64,000 nt of DNA from a virus (lineage: Duplodnaviria > Caudoviricetes): the IMG/VR virus record IMGVR_UViG_3300044840_000026, positions 5,113-69,112 of that record; one strand, given 5' to 3'. Positions 27,923-35,977 of the stretch are shown here, piece after piece. Below the pieces are notes generated by a model. The model made no database searches, had not been told where the DNA came from, and saw only the letters and a list, made by a program, of their open reading frames with translations. A program made the translations under genes and the position numbers. Position 1 is the first letter of the stretch. Each line of letters begins with the position of its first letter.

Positions 27923-28494
27923 CAGCGGCTATTGCATACGGTGACGGCCAAAACGTCTGGATGGCCGCTGACTCAATGACGAACATTTACACGCGGCCAG
28001 TGCTGAGTGCGAAGAAGATTGCCCGGTTAGCCGTGACGCAGACGGGTGGTCTGGACTTGGACCCGTTTGCATTGATTAGCACGGCTGGCGACGGCGGCCT
28101 AATGCAACTCATTCGCAAGTGGACGCCTCCTGAGTTCGCGACCGGCAGCGACGTAGACGCATGGGCACAAACGGTTGCCGAAGCGATAACGATGATGGCA
28201 ATCGCTAACGGCATGACCGAAGGCGGGCGCATGGGGGCGTCATGCCTGCTTGGATTCCAGGGGCGTGTCTGGACTATCTCGCATATGTACGCTGTGTCGC
28301 ATCCCGACAACATCAGCGCAATCGGCAGCGGTGAGGGGCCAGCAATCGGAGCCCTAGATGCTCAGTTGGAACGCAGCAAGCAGGATCATGGTGCATGGTC
28401 ATATTCCCCAGAGAACATGCTCATCAGAGCCATGAAGATTGCCATCAATAGAGATCAACACGTTGCCGGTGAAATTCAGATCGAAACCGCATGA
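27919..28494 (+). CDS. Proteasome-beta/HslV-like Ntn-hydrolase
   Basis: N-terminal M-T (Thr nucleophile), WMAADS, conserved Lys in AKKI, SAIGSG. Confidence 0.75.
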   Translation: MTAAIAYGDGQNVWMAADSMTNIYTRPVLSAKKIARLAVTQTGGLDLDPFALISTAGDGGLMQLIRKWTPPEFATGSDVDAWAQTVAEAITMMAIANGMTEGGRMGASCLLGFQGRVWTISHMYAVSHPDNISAIGSGEGPAIGALDAQLERSKQDHGAWSYSPENMLIRAMKIAINRDQHVAGEIQIETA

Positions 28495-28703
28495 CTGAAT
28501 TGCAGCTCTTCCAGCAATGGCTGGACTACTGCGATATTAGCGAGGCGCAGGTCGACCGCGATGAGTTGCTAAGTAACCCTCGGAAGTACTTCGCTCACGA
28601 CGAGACATGGGGAACACGCTTCGAGTTCGGTGTCATGGGTAATGACTTCATGTCCGCGTGTTTCAATGAGGCCGGTGCCTTCGTTTGTTTTGAGCGTCGG
28701 TAA
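28491..28703 (+). CDS. Hypothetical protein
   Basis: ATGA coupling. Confidence 0.55.
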   Translation: MTELQLFQQWLDYCDISEAQVDRDELLSNPRKYFAHDETWGTRFEFGVMGNDFMSACFNEAGAFVCFERR

Positions 28704-28706
28704 TGG

Positions 28707-30272
28707 ATGGACTACGACCTTCTCACTAATGAAGGCTTTGAGGCGTACGTTGCCTCGATAGATGAGCGGTTATTGGCAAGCCCCGAGGGGCGATGCGCTC
28801 TGACAAATATCGACCCATTAGCGTTTGCGTTGGTCTACTTGCCGCACCATCTTCGCAGCGAGCAAACACGCAACCGTATAACTTTCGCTGATCTTCATGT
28901 TGCGCTGATTGAGCAAGCCAAGACGTGGACGGTCAAGTCAACAAAACCACGCCAATATCGCGATGCCTATGTCGCTCCTCGCGAATCTGGTAAAAGCACG
29001 TTCTTGCATTTGATTCTTCCGTTGTGGGCCGCAGCGCACGGACACATCAAGTTCCTTGCCGCGTTCTCTGATTCAGGGCCGCAAGCCGAGATACATCTGG
29101 CAACGTTTAAGCGGGAACTTGAACGCAACGAGCTATTGCGAAATGACTTCCCCGACCTGTGCAGCCCGGCGCGTCGTATTGCCGGGTCAACGGAATCAGA
29201 TACACAAAAGCAGTTCCGTTCGGAATCTGGATTTGTGTTTGTGGCACGTGGTGTCGATCAGGGCGTGTTGGGACTCAAGGTGGGCGAGGACCGTCCGGGC
29301 TTGATCCTGCTTGATGACCTTGAGCCTGATGAGTCAAGCTATTCGGCTTACCAATGTGCCAAACGATTGACGACGCTACAAGACGCCATTCTTCCCTTGA
29401 ATGAGTTTGCCAGGGTCGTCTTGACGGGAACCGTGACGATGAGCGGTTCAATCGTTCATCAGCTCGTTAAGACAGTCACATCGTCAGATGAGGAACAAGC
29501 ATCGTGGGTTAAAGAGCAGAACTTTCGCGTGCATTACTTCGCCCCGATCGTCACGGATGAAAAGACAGGCGAAGAACGTTCGACGTGGCCGCAAAAGTGG
29601 ACGCTTGATTACTTCAATTCCATTCGTCACACGCGCAGCTACAAGAAGAACTTTGCTAACGATCCAATGGGTAAGGACGGCGATTACTGGAATGACGAAG
29701 ACTTCGTTTACCAATGGCTTGAAGGAACCAGCAAAACGCTGTTGTCGATTGACCCGTTCGTAAAAAAGCAGAAGAAGAGCGACCCCTGCGGACTCGCGGT
29801 TGTTTCGTTTCTGCCGAAACAGTTGATGAACCCCAACCGCCCGAAAGGCGCGCCGCCGATATATCAGCCGAGCCGATGCATGGTCGAGTACGCCGATGAC
29901 TGCACCAAGACGGGCAAGGAATTGCGCACCGTTGTTCTTAAGCTGCTCGATCAGTTCCCCCACATCGGGCGAGTCTTTGTCGAGTCCAACCAAGGCGGCG
30001 ATCTCTGGCATGACATCTTGCATTCCCTGCCCGTGAAAGTTGTTTGTGAGAGCAACACGGTGAATAAGGAAGTGCGTGCCGGCCAGCTCCACACCCTCTA
30101 CCAGTCAAAGCGTGTTGTCCATGCTCGGCGCTTTGGCAAGGCCGAAGAGCAGATGGTTGGATTCCCCGGCGCGCATGATGACATCGTGGATGCCGTAGGC
30201 AATGGAGTATTTCGCTTCATAAAACCGCCGACAAAGCTCGTTCCAGGGTTGCAGACGACCAGCTACCTGTAA
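28707..30272 (+). CDS. Terminase large subunit
   Basis: Walker A APRESGKST, Walker B LILLDDLE, nuclease IDP...VESNQGG...HDDIVDA. Confidence 0.95.
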   Translation: MDYDLLTNEGFEAYVASIDERLLASPEGRCALTNIDPLAFALVYLPHHLRSEQTRNRITFADLHVALIEQAKTWTVKSTKPRQYRDAYVAPRESGKSTFLHLILPLWAAAHGHIKFLAAFSDSGPQAEIHLATFKRELERNELLRNDFPDLCSPARRIAGSTESDTQKQFRSESGFVFVARGVDQGVLGLKVGEDRPGLILLDDLEPDESSYSAYQCAKRLTTLQDAILPLNEFARVVLTGTVTMSGSIVHQLVKTVTSSDEEQASWVKEQNFRVHYFAPIVTDEKTGEERSTWPQKWTLDYFNSIRHTRSYKKNFANDPMGKDGDYWNDEDFVYQWLEGTSKTLLSIDPFVKKQKKSDPCGLAVVSFLPKQLMNPNRPKGAPPIYQPSRCMVEYADDCTKTGKELRTVVLKLLDQFPHIGRVFVESNQGGDLWHDILHSLPVKVVCESNTVNKEVRAGQLHTLYQSKRVVHARRFGKAEEQMVGFPGAHDDIVDAVGNGVFRFIKPPTKLVPGLQTTSYL

Positions 30273-30311
30273 GGCGCTCACAATCTGGGCATATGCCCTA
30301 CACTGGCGGTT

Positions 30312-31901
30312 GTGCCGCTAACTGATCTGATCACAGGTGTAAAGAACATCCTTGCGCATCAGCGTAAGTATGACGTGGCCGAGGACTACTACGAGGGCGA
30401 GCAAGACGAGATCTTCGCTTCGGCGAACATGCGCCACCGACTCCATGCCCTCAGCGCCGCCTACAAGATCAATCTCTGCAACACCCCTGTCGACGTCTTG
30501 GCCGAACGTCTCGAAATCGTCTCGGTATCAGTAGCCGATAATGACGCCGCGAACAGGGCTCTTCAAGAGCAGATATGGACACACTCCATTCAGCTGGACG
30601 TAAAGGACTGGCTTCGTCAAGCGGGCGAGTATGGCGACGGAATTCTCTTTGTCTGGCCCTCAAATGACTCGATTGAGGAAGTCGACGCGGAGTCAGAAAA
30701 TGACCAAACCGCCGTCGAAGACATCTCGAGTGATGACGAAAGCCAGGAAGCCGAGCCACCTCCTGGTCCTGGCGTTGACATCATTTGGAACTCGCCTAAA
30801 ACCGCCCGCGTCATTTATGACGCCGAGAACGAGTCGTATCCCATATTTGCGATCAAGTTCTGGAAAGAGCCAGGCGCGCTTCGCTGCTCGATTTACTACC
30901 CGACGACCATCGAACGATGGATTGCCGGCGACGACGCTGACCCGAAAGACCCGAAAGTCTGGAAGCAGTACGTCGATGATGCCGATGAGAACGGCGTCGG
31001 CATCTGGCCTGTAGAAAACCCCTACGGCAAACTACCTATTTTCCACCTCCGTAACGCAAAGCCTTATGGGCGCCCAGAGCACAAGAACGCCTACGGGCCG
31101 CAGAACGCTATCAACAAGCTCATCCCCGCCCACATGGCGACGATCGACTTCCAGAGCTTCCCGCAGCGTTATGCGCTCACTGAGACCAACCCTGACGGCG
31201 AGCAAGAAGACGACGCCACCGATTGGTATCCAGACGACAACTTGGCTCAAACCGTGTCGCAACAGGACCGCTCTAAGCTCAAGGCGGGGGCCGGCGAGCT
31301 GTGGTGGCTGGACAACGTAAAAGAGGTCGGCCAATTCGTCCCAGCCGACTCGACTGTCTTCACTGACCCTCTCCCGCTCTACATCAAGCTGATGGCTCAG
31401 ACGACCAAGACGCCATTGCATTACTTCGATCCTTCTGGCGGAGCACCCTCAGGCGAGTCTTTGCGGGCAGCTGATATGCCGATGGTGAAGAAGGCCGAGG
31501 ATCGCCAACAGAGATATGGAGCGACTCTTTCAGACGTGCTGTCGTTCTCGTTGCAGATCATGGGCTTCCCTGATTGCATCGTGGACATCAGTTGGGCGAG
31601 CGCCGGCGTGGCCGATGATCAAAGCAGTTGGGAAACAACGCAGCTCAAGATCGACGCAGGTCTGCCCGTCCGCCAAGCGCTGCTGGAGTCGGGCTACACG
31701 ACAGACCAGCTCGACGCCTGGGGCATCACGAACGACCAAAGTGATATCGCTCAGAAACGTAAGGTCGAGATCCTTGCTCAAATCGCCACGGCAGGCCAGG
31801 CCTTCGGAGCCGCGGCCGGGTTTGGTATCTTCGATGTGGAAGCAATCAAGGCACTGCTTGAGACTGTGGTGAATCCGCCCGAGCTACCCGCTTCGACGTG
31901 A
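30312..31901 (+). CDS. Portal protein (SPP1 gp6-like)
   Basis: Follows terminase; YYEGEQ, NLCNTPVDVLAERL, NPYGKLPIFH, FQSFPQRY, PSGESLR. Confidence 0.9.
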   Translation: MPLTDLITGVKNILAHQRKYDVAEDYYEGEQDEIFASANMRHRLHALSAAYKINLCNTPVDVLAERLEIVSVSVADNDAANRALQEQIWTHSIQLDVKDWLRQAGEYGDGILFVWPSNDSIEEVDAESENDQTAVEDISSDDESQEAEPPPGPGVDIIWNSPKTARVIYDAENESYPIFAIKFWKEPGALRCSIYYPTTIERWIAGDDADPKDPKVWKQYVDDADENGVGIWPVENPYGKLPIFHLRNAKPYGRPEHKNAYGPQNAINKLIPAHMATIDFQSFPQRYALTETNPDGEQEDDATDWYPDDNLAQTVSQQDRSKLKAGAGELWWLDNVKEVGQFVPADSTVFTDPLPLYIKLMAQTTKTPLHYFDPSGGAPSGESLRAADMPMVKKAEDRQQRYGATLSDVLSFSLQIMGFPDCIVDISWASAGVADDQSSWETTQLKIDAGLPVRQALLESGYTTDQLDAWGITNDQSDIAQKRKVEILAQIATAGQAFGAAAGFGIFDVEAIKALLETVVNPPELPAST

Positions 31902-32704
31902 ACCTAAACGACTGGTTGGCGCTTAGTCGTCGCCGCTCCGATCAGCTCCAGGCATGGGAAACAACCGCGCTGGCTGGACTCACGGCGCCGATGGCAACCC
32001 AGCTGCAGGCCATTCTTGTAGAACTCGCCAAGCGATATGTCATTGAAATCGGCTCGATCTATGAACGCGACCCCGACCCCAAGGCAGTCGCTGACATCAC
32101 GCGATGGCTCGATGGGCAACTCGCCGCGATCGACCTTTCCGCTATCGCCCCCCAAGTGACGGCGCTGGCCAAAGAGCCATATGTGCATGGCATGGTCACG
32201 GCAGCGATGATGGTGGGCGCCACCATACCCAAGCCGCTACAAAAACCCGTAGTCACTGAGAACGCACGCCAATCGGGCAAGCTTGCAGCCGAGAATGCCG
32301 TCATGAGGATGGGCGAGGCACGAGGATTCACGACAAGTGCCAAGAGCTGGGGCGGGTTCACCTTGGCGATGGCAAAGGCAAGCCAAGCGGTCACCGCGAT
32401 CAAGACCTCGGCGAGTTGGGCGATCGTGGCCTCGGCCGCTGCAGGGGTCGTCGCCTACGCAACAACCAGGGGCGCAAAGCTCGACGTGATCTGGATCTGT
32501 GATGAGGGCGCGTGCCCTATATGTCTCCCCTTTGGCGGCGCGGTCATGACCAAAGAGGGCGTTTTCATCTCCGCTGACGGCGCCATGATCTCGTCCCCAC
32601 CGACTCACCCGAATTGCCGATGTGAGACGGGCACGGTGGACAAGAGCCTTACTGGTCTGCTCGTCGCGGCCCTCAGTTCTGGTTCATCGCAATCGATTCG
32701 GTGA
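31898..32704 (+). CDS. MuF/gp7-like minor head protein
   Basis: ACPICLP...PPTHPNCRC. Confidence 0.8.
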   Translation: MNLNDWLALSRRRSDQLQAWETTALAGLTAPMATQLQAILVELAKRYVIEIGSIYERDPDPKAVADITRWLDGQLAAIDLSAIAPQVTALAKEPYVHGMVTAAMMVGATIPKPLQKPVVTENARQSGKLAAENAVMRMGEARGFTTSAKSWGGFTLAMAKASQAVTAIKTSASWAIVASAAAGVVAYATTRGAKLDVIWICDEGACPICLPFGGAVMTKEGVFISADGAMISSPPTHPNCRCETGTVDKSLTGLLVAALSSGSSQSIR

Positions 32705-32709
32705 GTGGC

Positions 32710-32740
32710 TATGCTTTCCAAGACGCTCACTATGTGAGCA
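32710..32740 (+). promoter_or_regulatory. Scaffold promoter with TGCTCA-type box
   Basis: TATGCT (32710-32715), CGCTCA-CTATG-TGAGCA (32724-32740). Confidence 0.65.
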
Positions 32741-32764
32741 TTTCCCCCCAACTTGGAGGTATGG

Positions 32765-33448
32765 ATGCCCAAGGACAATGACGACGTCGACGACGAAGAG
32801 ACCGGCGACGACGAAGACATTGATACCGAAATCCCAGATGACGACGACAGCAATGACGACGACACTGGTGATGAGGATGAAGACAAATCCAAAAAGAAGA
32901 AGGAAGATGACGCTTGGAAGCCCCCGAGCGAAGCTGAATGGCGCAAAGCCGAACGCGCTCGCCGTCGTGCCAACAAGCAAGGCCATGACCTTCGGGGCAG
33001 GGTGAAAGAACTTGAAGCAAAGGCCGGTAGCAAAACCGAAGAAGGTGACCAAGAGGATCTGGAAGCCAAACTCGAGGAAGCTCGCACCGCTGCCTCAACG
33101 GAAGCAGCAACCGTCTGGAAAACCCGAGTCGTCAAGCAAGCTGCCAAGACCTCCTTCGTAAGTCAAGGACTCAAGGGTTCGCCGGACAAGCTCATTCGTT
33201 TGCTCGACCTTGAGGACATCGAAGTCGATGACGAGGGTGAAATTGATGGCCTCGATGAGCAGGTGCTCGAGATCAAAGAGGAATACCCCGATCTCTTCCC
33301 TGGCCCAAAATCCGACGATGATGGCAAGGAAAAGGACAAGAAGCGCAAGGTCGCCGACAACGTCGACAAGGGCAACAAGAAACATGTCGAAGAAAAGATG
33401 AGCTCAGCCGCGCAAGTAGCGGCGGCGCTCATGGGCGGCGGGCGATAA
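32765..33448 (+). CDS. Capsid scaffolding protein
   Basis: Asp/Glu-rich N-terminus, coiled coil, LIRLLDLEDIEVDDEGEIDGLDEQV...YPDLF; GGAGG RBS. Confidence 0.85.
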   Translation: MPKDNDDVDDEETGDDEDIDTEIPDDDDSNDDDTGDEDEDKSKKKKEDDAWKPPSEAEWRKAERARRRANKQGHDLRGRVKELEAKAGSKTEEGDQEDLEAKLEEARTAASTEAATVWKTRVVKQAAKTSFVSQGLKGSPDKLIRLLDLEDIEVDDEGEIDGLDEQVLEIKEEYPDLFPGPKSDDDGKEKDKKRKVADNVDKGNKKHVEEKMSSAAQVAAALMGGGR

Positions 33449-33802
33449 ATGACGGTTAATGACCCACTGCCGGTGGGAAACATTCCGTCAGATAGGTTCA
33501 CTGAACCGTTTAGCCGACGATCGTTGGGCGGGGATCGACCGGCGCCGTTTGAGCACTGCGACGGCATTCAGGGATCTGTCCCTGATGAAGTCGACTGGGT
33601 GAACGAGCCACCTCATTATCGAAGTCATGCGTCTGGCATCGAATGTATAGATGTTGTTGAGCACATGACCTTCAACGTGGGCAACACGGTGAAGTACTGC
33701 TGGCGTGCCGGTCTCAAGGGCGACATCATCGAGGATCTCAAAAAGGCAGCTTGGTATTTAGAGCACGAGATCCAGCGCCTTGAGAAGCTGAAAGGCAAAT
33801 AG
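33449..33802 (+). CDS. DUF3310-like protein with atypical N-terminal extension
   Basis: VNEPPHYRSHASGIECID...FNVGNTVKYCWRAGLKG..IEDLKKAAWYL. Confidence 0.85.
   Translation: MTVNDPLPVGNIPSDRFTEPFSRRSLGGDRPAPFEHCDGIQGSVPDEVDWVNEPPHYRSHASGIECIDVVEHMTFNVGNTVKYCWRAGLKGDIIEDLKKAAWYLEHEIQRLEKLKGK
33545..33582 (+). repeat. Copy of fibre-gene segment 39548-39591
   Basis: 20-bp identity + 1 mismatch + 17-bp identity; the fibre copy has an extra ATTCAG. Confidence 0.9.
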
Positions 33803-33812
33803 CCTTCGCCCG

Positions 33813-34403
33813 GTGCTTTCCCGCAAGAGGCTCTGCCTCCCCTTCGCGGCGTTTGTACTGGTGCTATCGGGGGACATCAACGCGGCTACAGCCCCGGCAG
33901 TAGCTACATCGCCAATCGTCGCGGTCGGTATCGATTCGGCTCCCTCATTTGAGGTGAGTAAATCGATACCGGCTACTACAACCGTTCCCGAACGTGCGGC
34001 GCCCGCCACCGCGAGTCGAAGTGAGAACGTGGGTCATAATATGCGGCCTCTCGTCACACTCGGCAGTGGGTCGATTGTTGATGTCGCGATTGATCAGCTG
34101 GGCAAGCCGTATCGCTATGGAGCGACGGGGCCTAATGCTTTTGACTGTTCGGGGCTCGTCTATTACGTATTGAACCGTGCCGGCATCCATGTGCCGCGCT
34201 TGACGTCAGATGGTTACTACCGACTGTTCGCGAAGACGACTCGAGCAGCACTCGTTCCAGGTGACCTCGCTGTGTACCCCGACCACATCGCCATCTATGT
34301 CGGCGGCGGAAACATCATCGCGGCTACCACTCCACGAGGCGGCGTCAAACGTCAATCTATTGATGCACCCGGTCGACCGTTTGGTTTCGTGCATCCTGCT
34401 TAG
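33813..34403 (+). CDS. Secreted NlpC/P60 peptidoglycan endopeptidase
   Basis: Signal-like N-terminus; QLGKPYRYGATGPNAFDCSGLV; HIAIYVGGG. Confidence 0.9.
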   Translation: MLSRKRLCLPFAAFVLVLSGDINAATAPAVATSPIVAVGIDSAPSFEVSKSIPATTTVPERAAPATASRSENVGHNMRPLVTLGSGSIVDVAIDQLGKPYRYGATGPNAFDCSGLVYYVLNRAGIHVPRLTSDGYYRLFAKTTRAALVPGDLAVYPDHIAIYVGGGNIIAATTPRGGVKRQSIDAPGRPFGFVHPA

Positions 34404-34938
34404 AGTTTCTCGGGTCAAGTTGAGCAAGAAGAATCTGCCCCATGGGAGAATCCAGCGGGTTGTAGCTTGGATGTGGCTTACCTCGGCGTGAGTCGCACCA
34501 AAGATTCGGTGCATGGACCGGCGCCTCTATCGTTCCTCGTATCCAGTTATATATGAGACTTCCAGTGCGTCCATTGCCGTCAGCAAATGGATGGATGTTT
34601 TCGTAGGCACGGAACCATTCAACGGCTTCGTCTTCGTTGCAGTCGTCTTTGGGAGGTTGAGCGACGACCAGTCTCTTAAGAGCCGATGGAACGTCAGTGA
34701 AGTGCATTTTGACTTCAAAACCAACCTGCACATCATGAGTGCGAAAACCATCGGCGTTCTTGACGGGCTCGACCAATCGCCCTAGTTCGATGATTCGTGC
34801 AGTCGTTAGCCGATCAAATGTGCGGATTCTGAGCCATGCCCGAGCCATATTCGCCACGGATTGTTCGCCTGACATCTGCCACTCGCACTCTTGGGCGCAG
34901 TAGTCAACGACAGACAGGGGAATCGAAACGTCGGACAT
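34357..34938 (-). CDS. Fic/Doc-family protein
   Basis: ENIHPFADGNGRTGS. Confidence 0.85.
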   Translation of the reverse strand: MSDVSIPLSVVDYCAQECEWQMSGEQSVANMARAWLRIRTFDRLTTARIIELGRLVEPVKNADGFRTHDVQVGFEVKMHFTDVPSALKRLVVAQPPKDDCNEDEAVEWFRAYENIHPFADGNGRTGSLIYNWIRGTIEAPVHAPNLWCDSRRGKPHPSYNPLDSPMGQILLAQLDPRNSKQDARNQTVDRVHQ

Positions 34939-34947
34939 GGATCAAGT

Positions 34948-35451
34948 TTAGGACTTACGAAACCATCGTCGCTTAGCCGCAGCGAGAACCTTTTCACGCT
35001 CTGACTCAAGCTGTTCTTTTAGGTCGTCGACCACCTGTTGAAGATCGCGGGCCCGTTCAATCTTGAACTCGGCTTTTGCTTCCGCTCGCGCCTGAGCCCT
35101 TTCGGCCTCAATGAGTTGTTCACGCATCTCACGAAGGTCGTCGAACACTTCGACAGGGATGGGCAGGATGTTGACCTCGCGCTCCCTGGCCGGACTTTTA
35201 GCTGCTGCCTCAAGAACGTCCTCTATCGCTACCAGTAGCGGAGCGTTACTTGGCCCGTCTTGTTTCCAGCGTACGGAGTCAGTGTCTTTCGCCCAAAAGC
35301 GGATGCGGCGCTCCACCTTCTTGAGCGATTCACCATCGGCTATCTGTTCGGCGGCCTCTTTGATGGTGAGCCATTCAGGCTCGGGAGCCTTGTGCAGTTC
35401 GAGTGCGGTTGACAGTGCTCGCGGCACTGCGGGTTCAGGTGCGGGGGACAT
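34948..35451 (-). CDS. HTH plus coiled-coil protein
   Basis: WLTIKEAAEQI...RRIRFWAK; C-terminal heptads. Confidence 0.7.
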   Translation of the reverse strand: MSPAPEPAVPRALSTALELHKAPEPEWLTIKEAAEQIADGESLKKVERRIRFWAKDTDSVRWKQDGPSNAPLLVAIEDVLEAAAKSPAREREVNILPIPVEVFDDLREMREQLIEAERAQARAEAKAEFKIERARDLQQVVDDLKEQLESEREKVLAAAKRRWFRKS

Positions 35452-35526
35452 GACGCGAGTATCGCACCGCTAGCGATCATTGTCACGGGACGGACTGCAG
35501 CCCGCCCCGTGAGTTTCCTTTTGACG

Positions 35527-35769
35527 TTAAACGTTCATGCCCTCTTTACCCTTAGGCGCTGGCGTGAAGTCGAGGTAGAACTCCTCACCCGGCGTGAACT
35601 GCTCAACCGCTTGTTCGTTATTGATGTGCATCATCAGCAGGCCAGCGGGCGTGTACTTGGCCCATTCCTTGTTGTCTTCACCTCGGCAAACCGGGGCCAA
35701 AACGACTTCGGAAGAAGCGGTGGCGGTGTGCTTCACAGACTGAACGAAGAATTTTGCTCGGACGGACAT
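35527..35769 (-). CDS. Conserved small phage protein
   Basis: MSVRAKF...WAKYTPAG...INN..A.EQF.PGEEFYLDFTPA family pattern. Confidence 0.75.
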   Translation of the reverse strand: MSVRAKFFVQSVKHTATASSEVVLAPVCRGEDNKEWAKYTPAGLLMMHINNEQAVEQFTPGEEFYLDFTPAPKGKEGMNV

Positions 35770-35860
35770 ATTTGTCTCCTCGGTAAAAGTGGGTGGTTTT
35801 AACCGAGGATGCGACGGGACTAGCCAGGCCGACCTCAGAAAGCGATGTTAGCGCCAAGAC

Positions 35861-35919
35861 CGCTCATAAAGTGAGCACGCGTTTGGTAGTATCCAAACCA
35901 GCGGCGCCGGATGCCCGCG
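35861..35919 (+). promoter_or_regulatory. Late promoter of the 1905-aa fibre with TGCTCA-type box and 20-nt leader
   Basis: GCTCATAAAGTGAGCA identical to the capsid promoter, 9 nt, TAGTAT, leader at 35900-35919. Confidence 0.8.
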
Positions 35920-35977
35920 AATCGATGCCCCTGGATAGGGGTGATATCCGTTCGCTAGAGCATCTAGGACGCCACCC

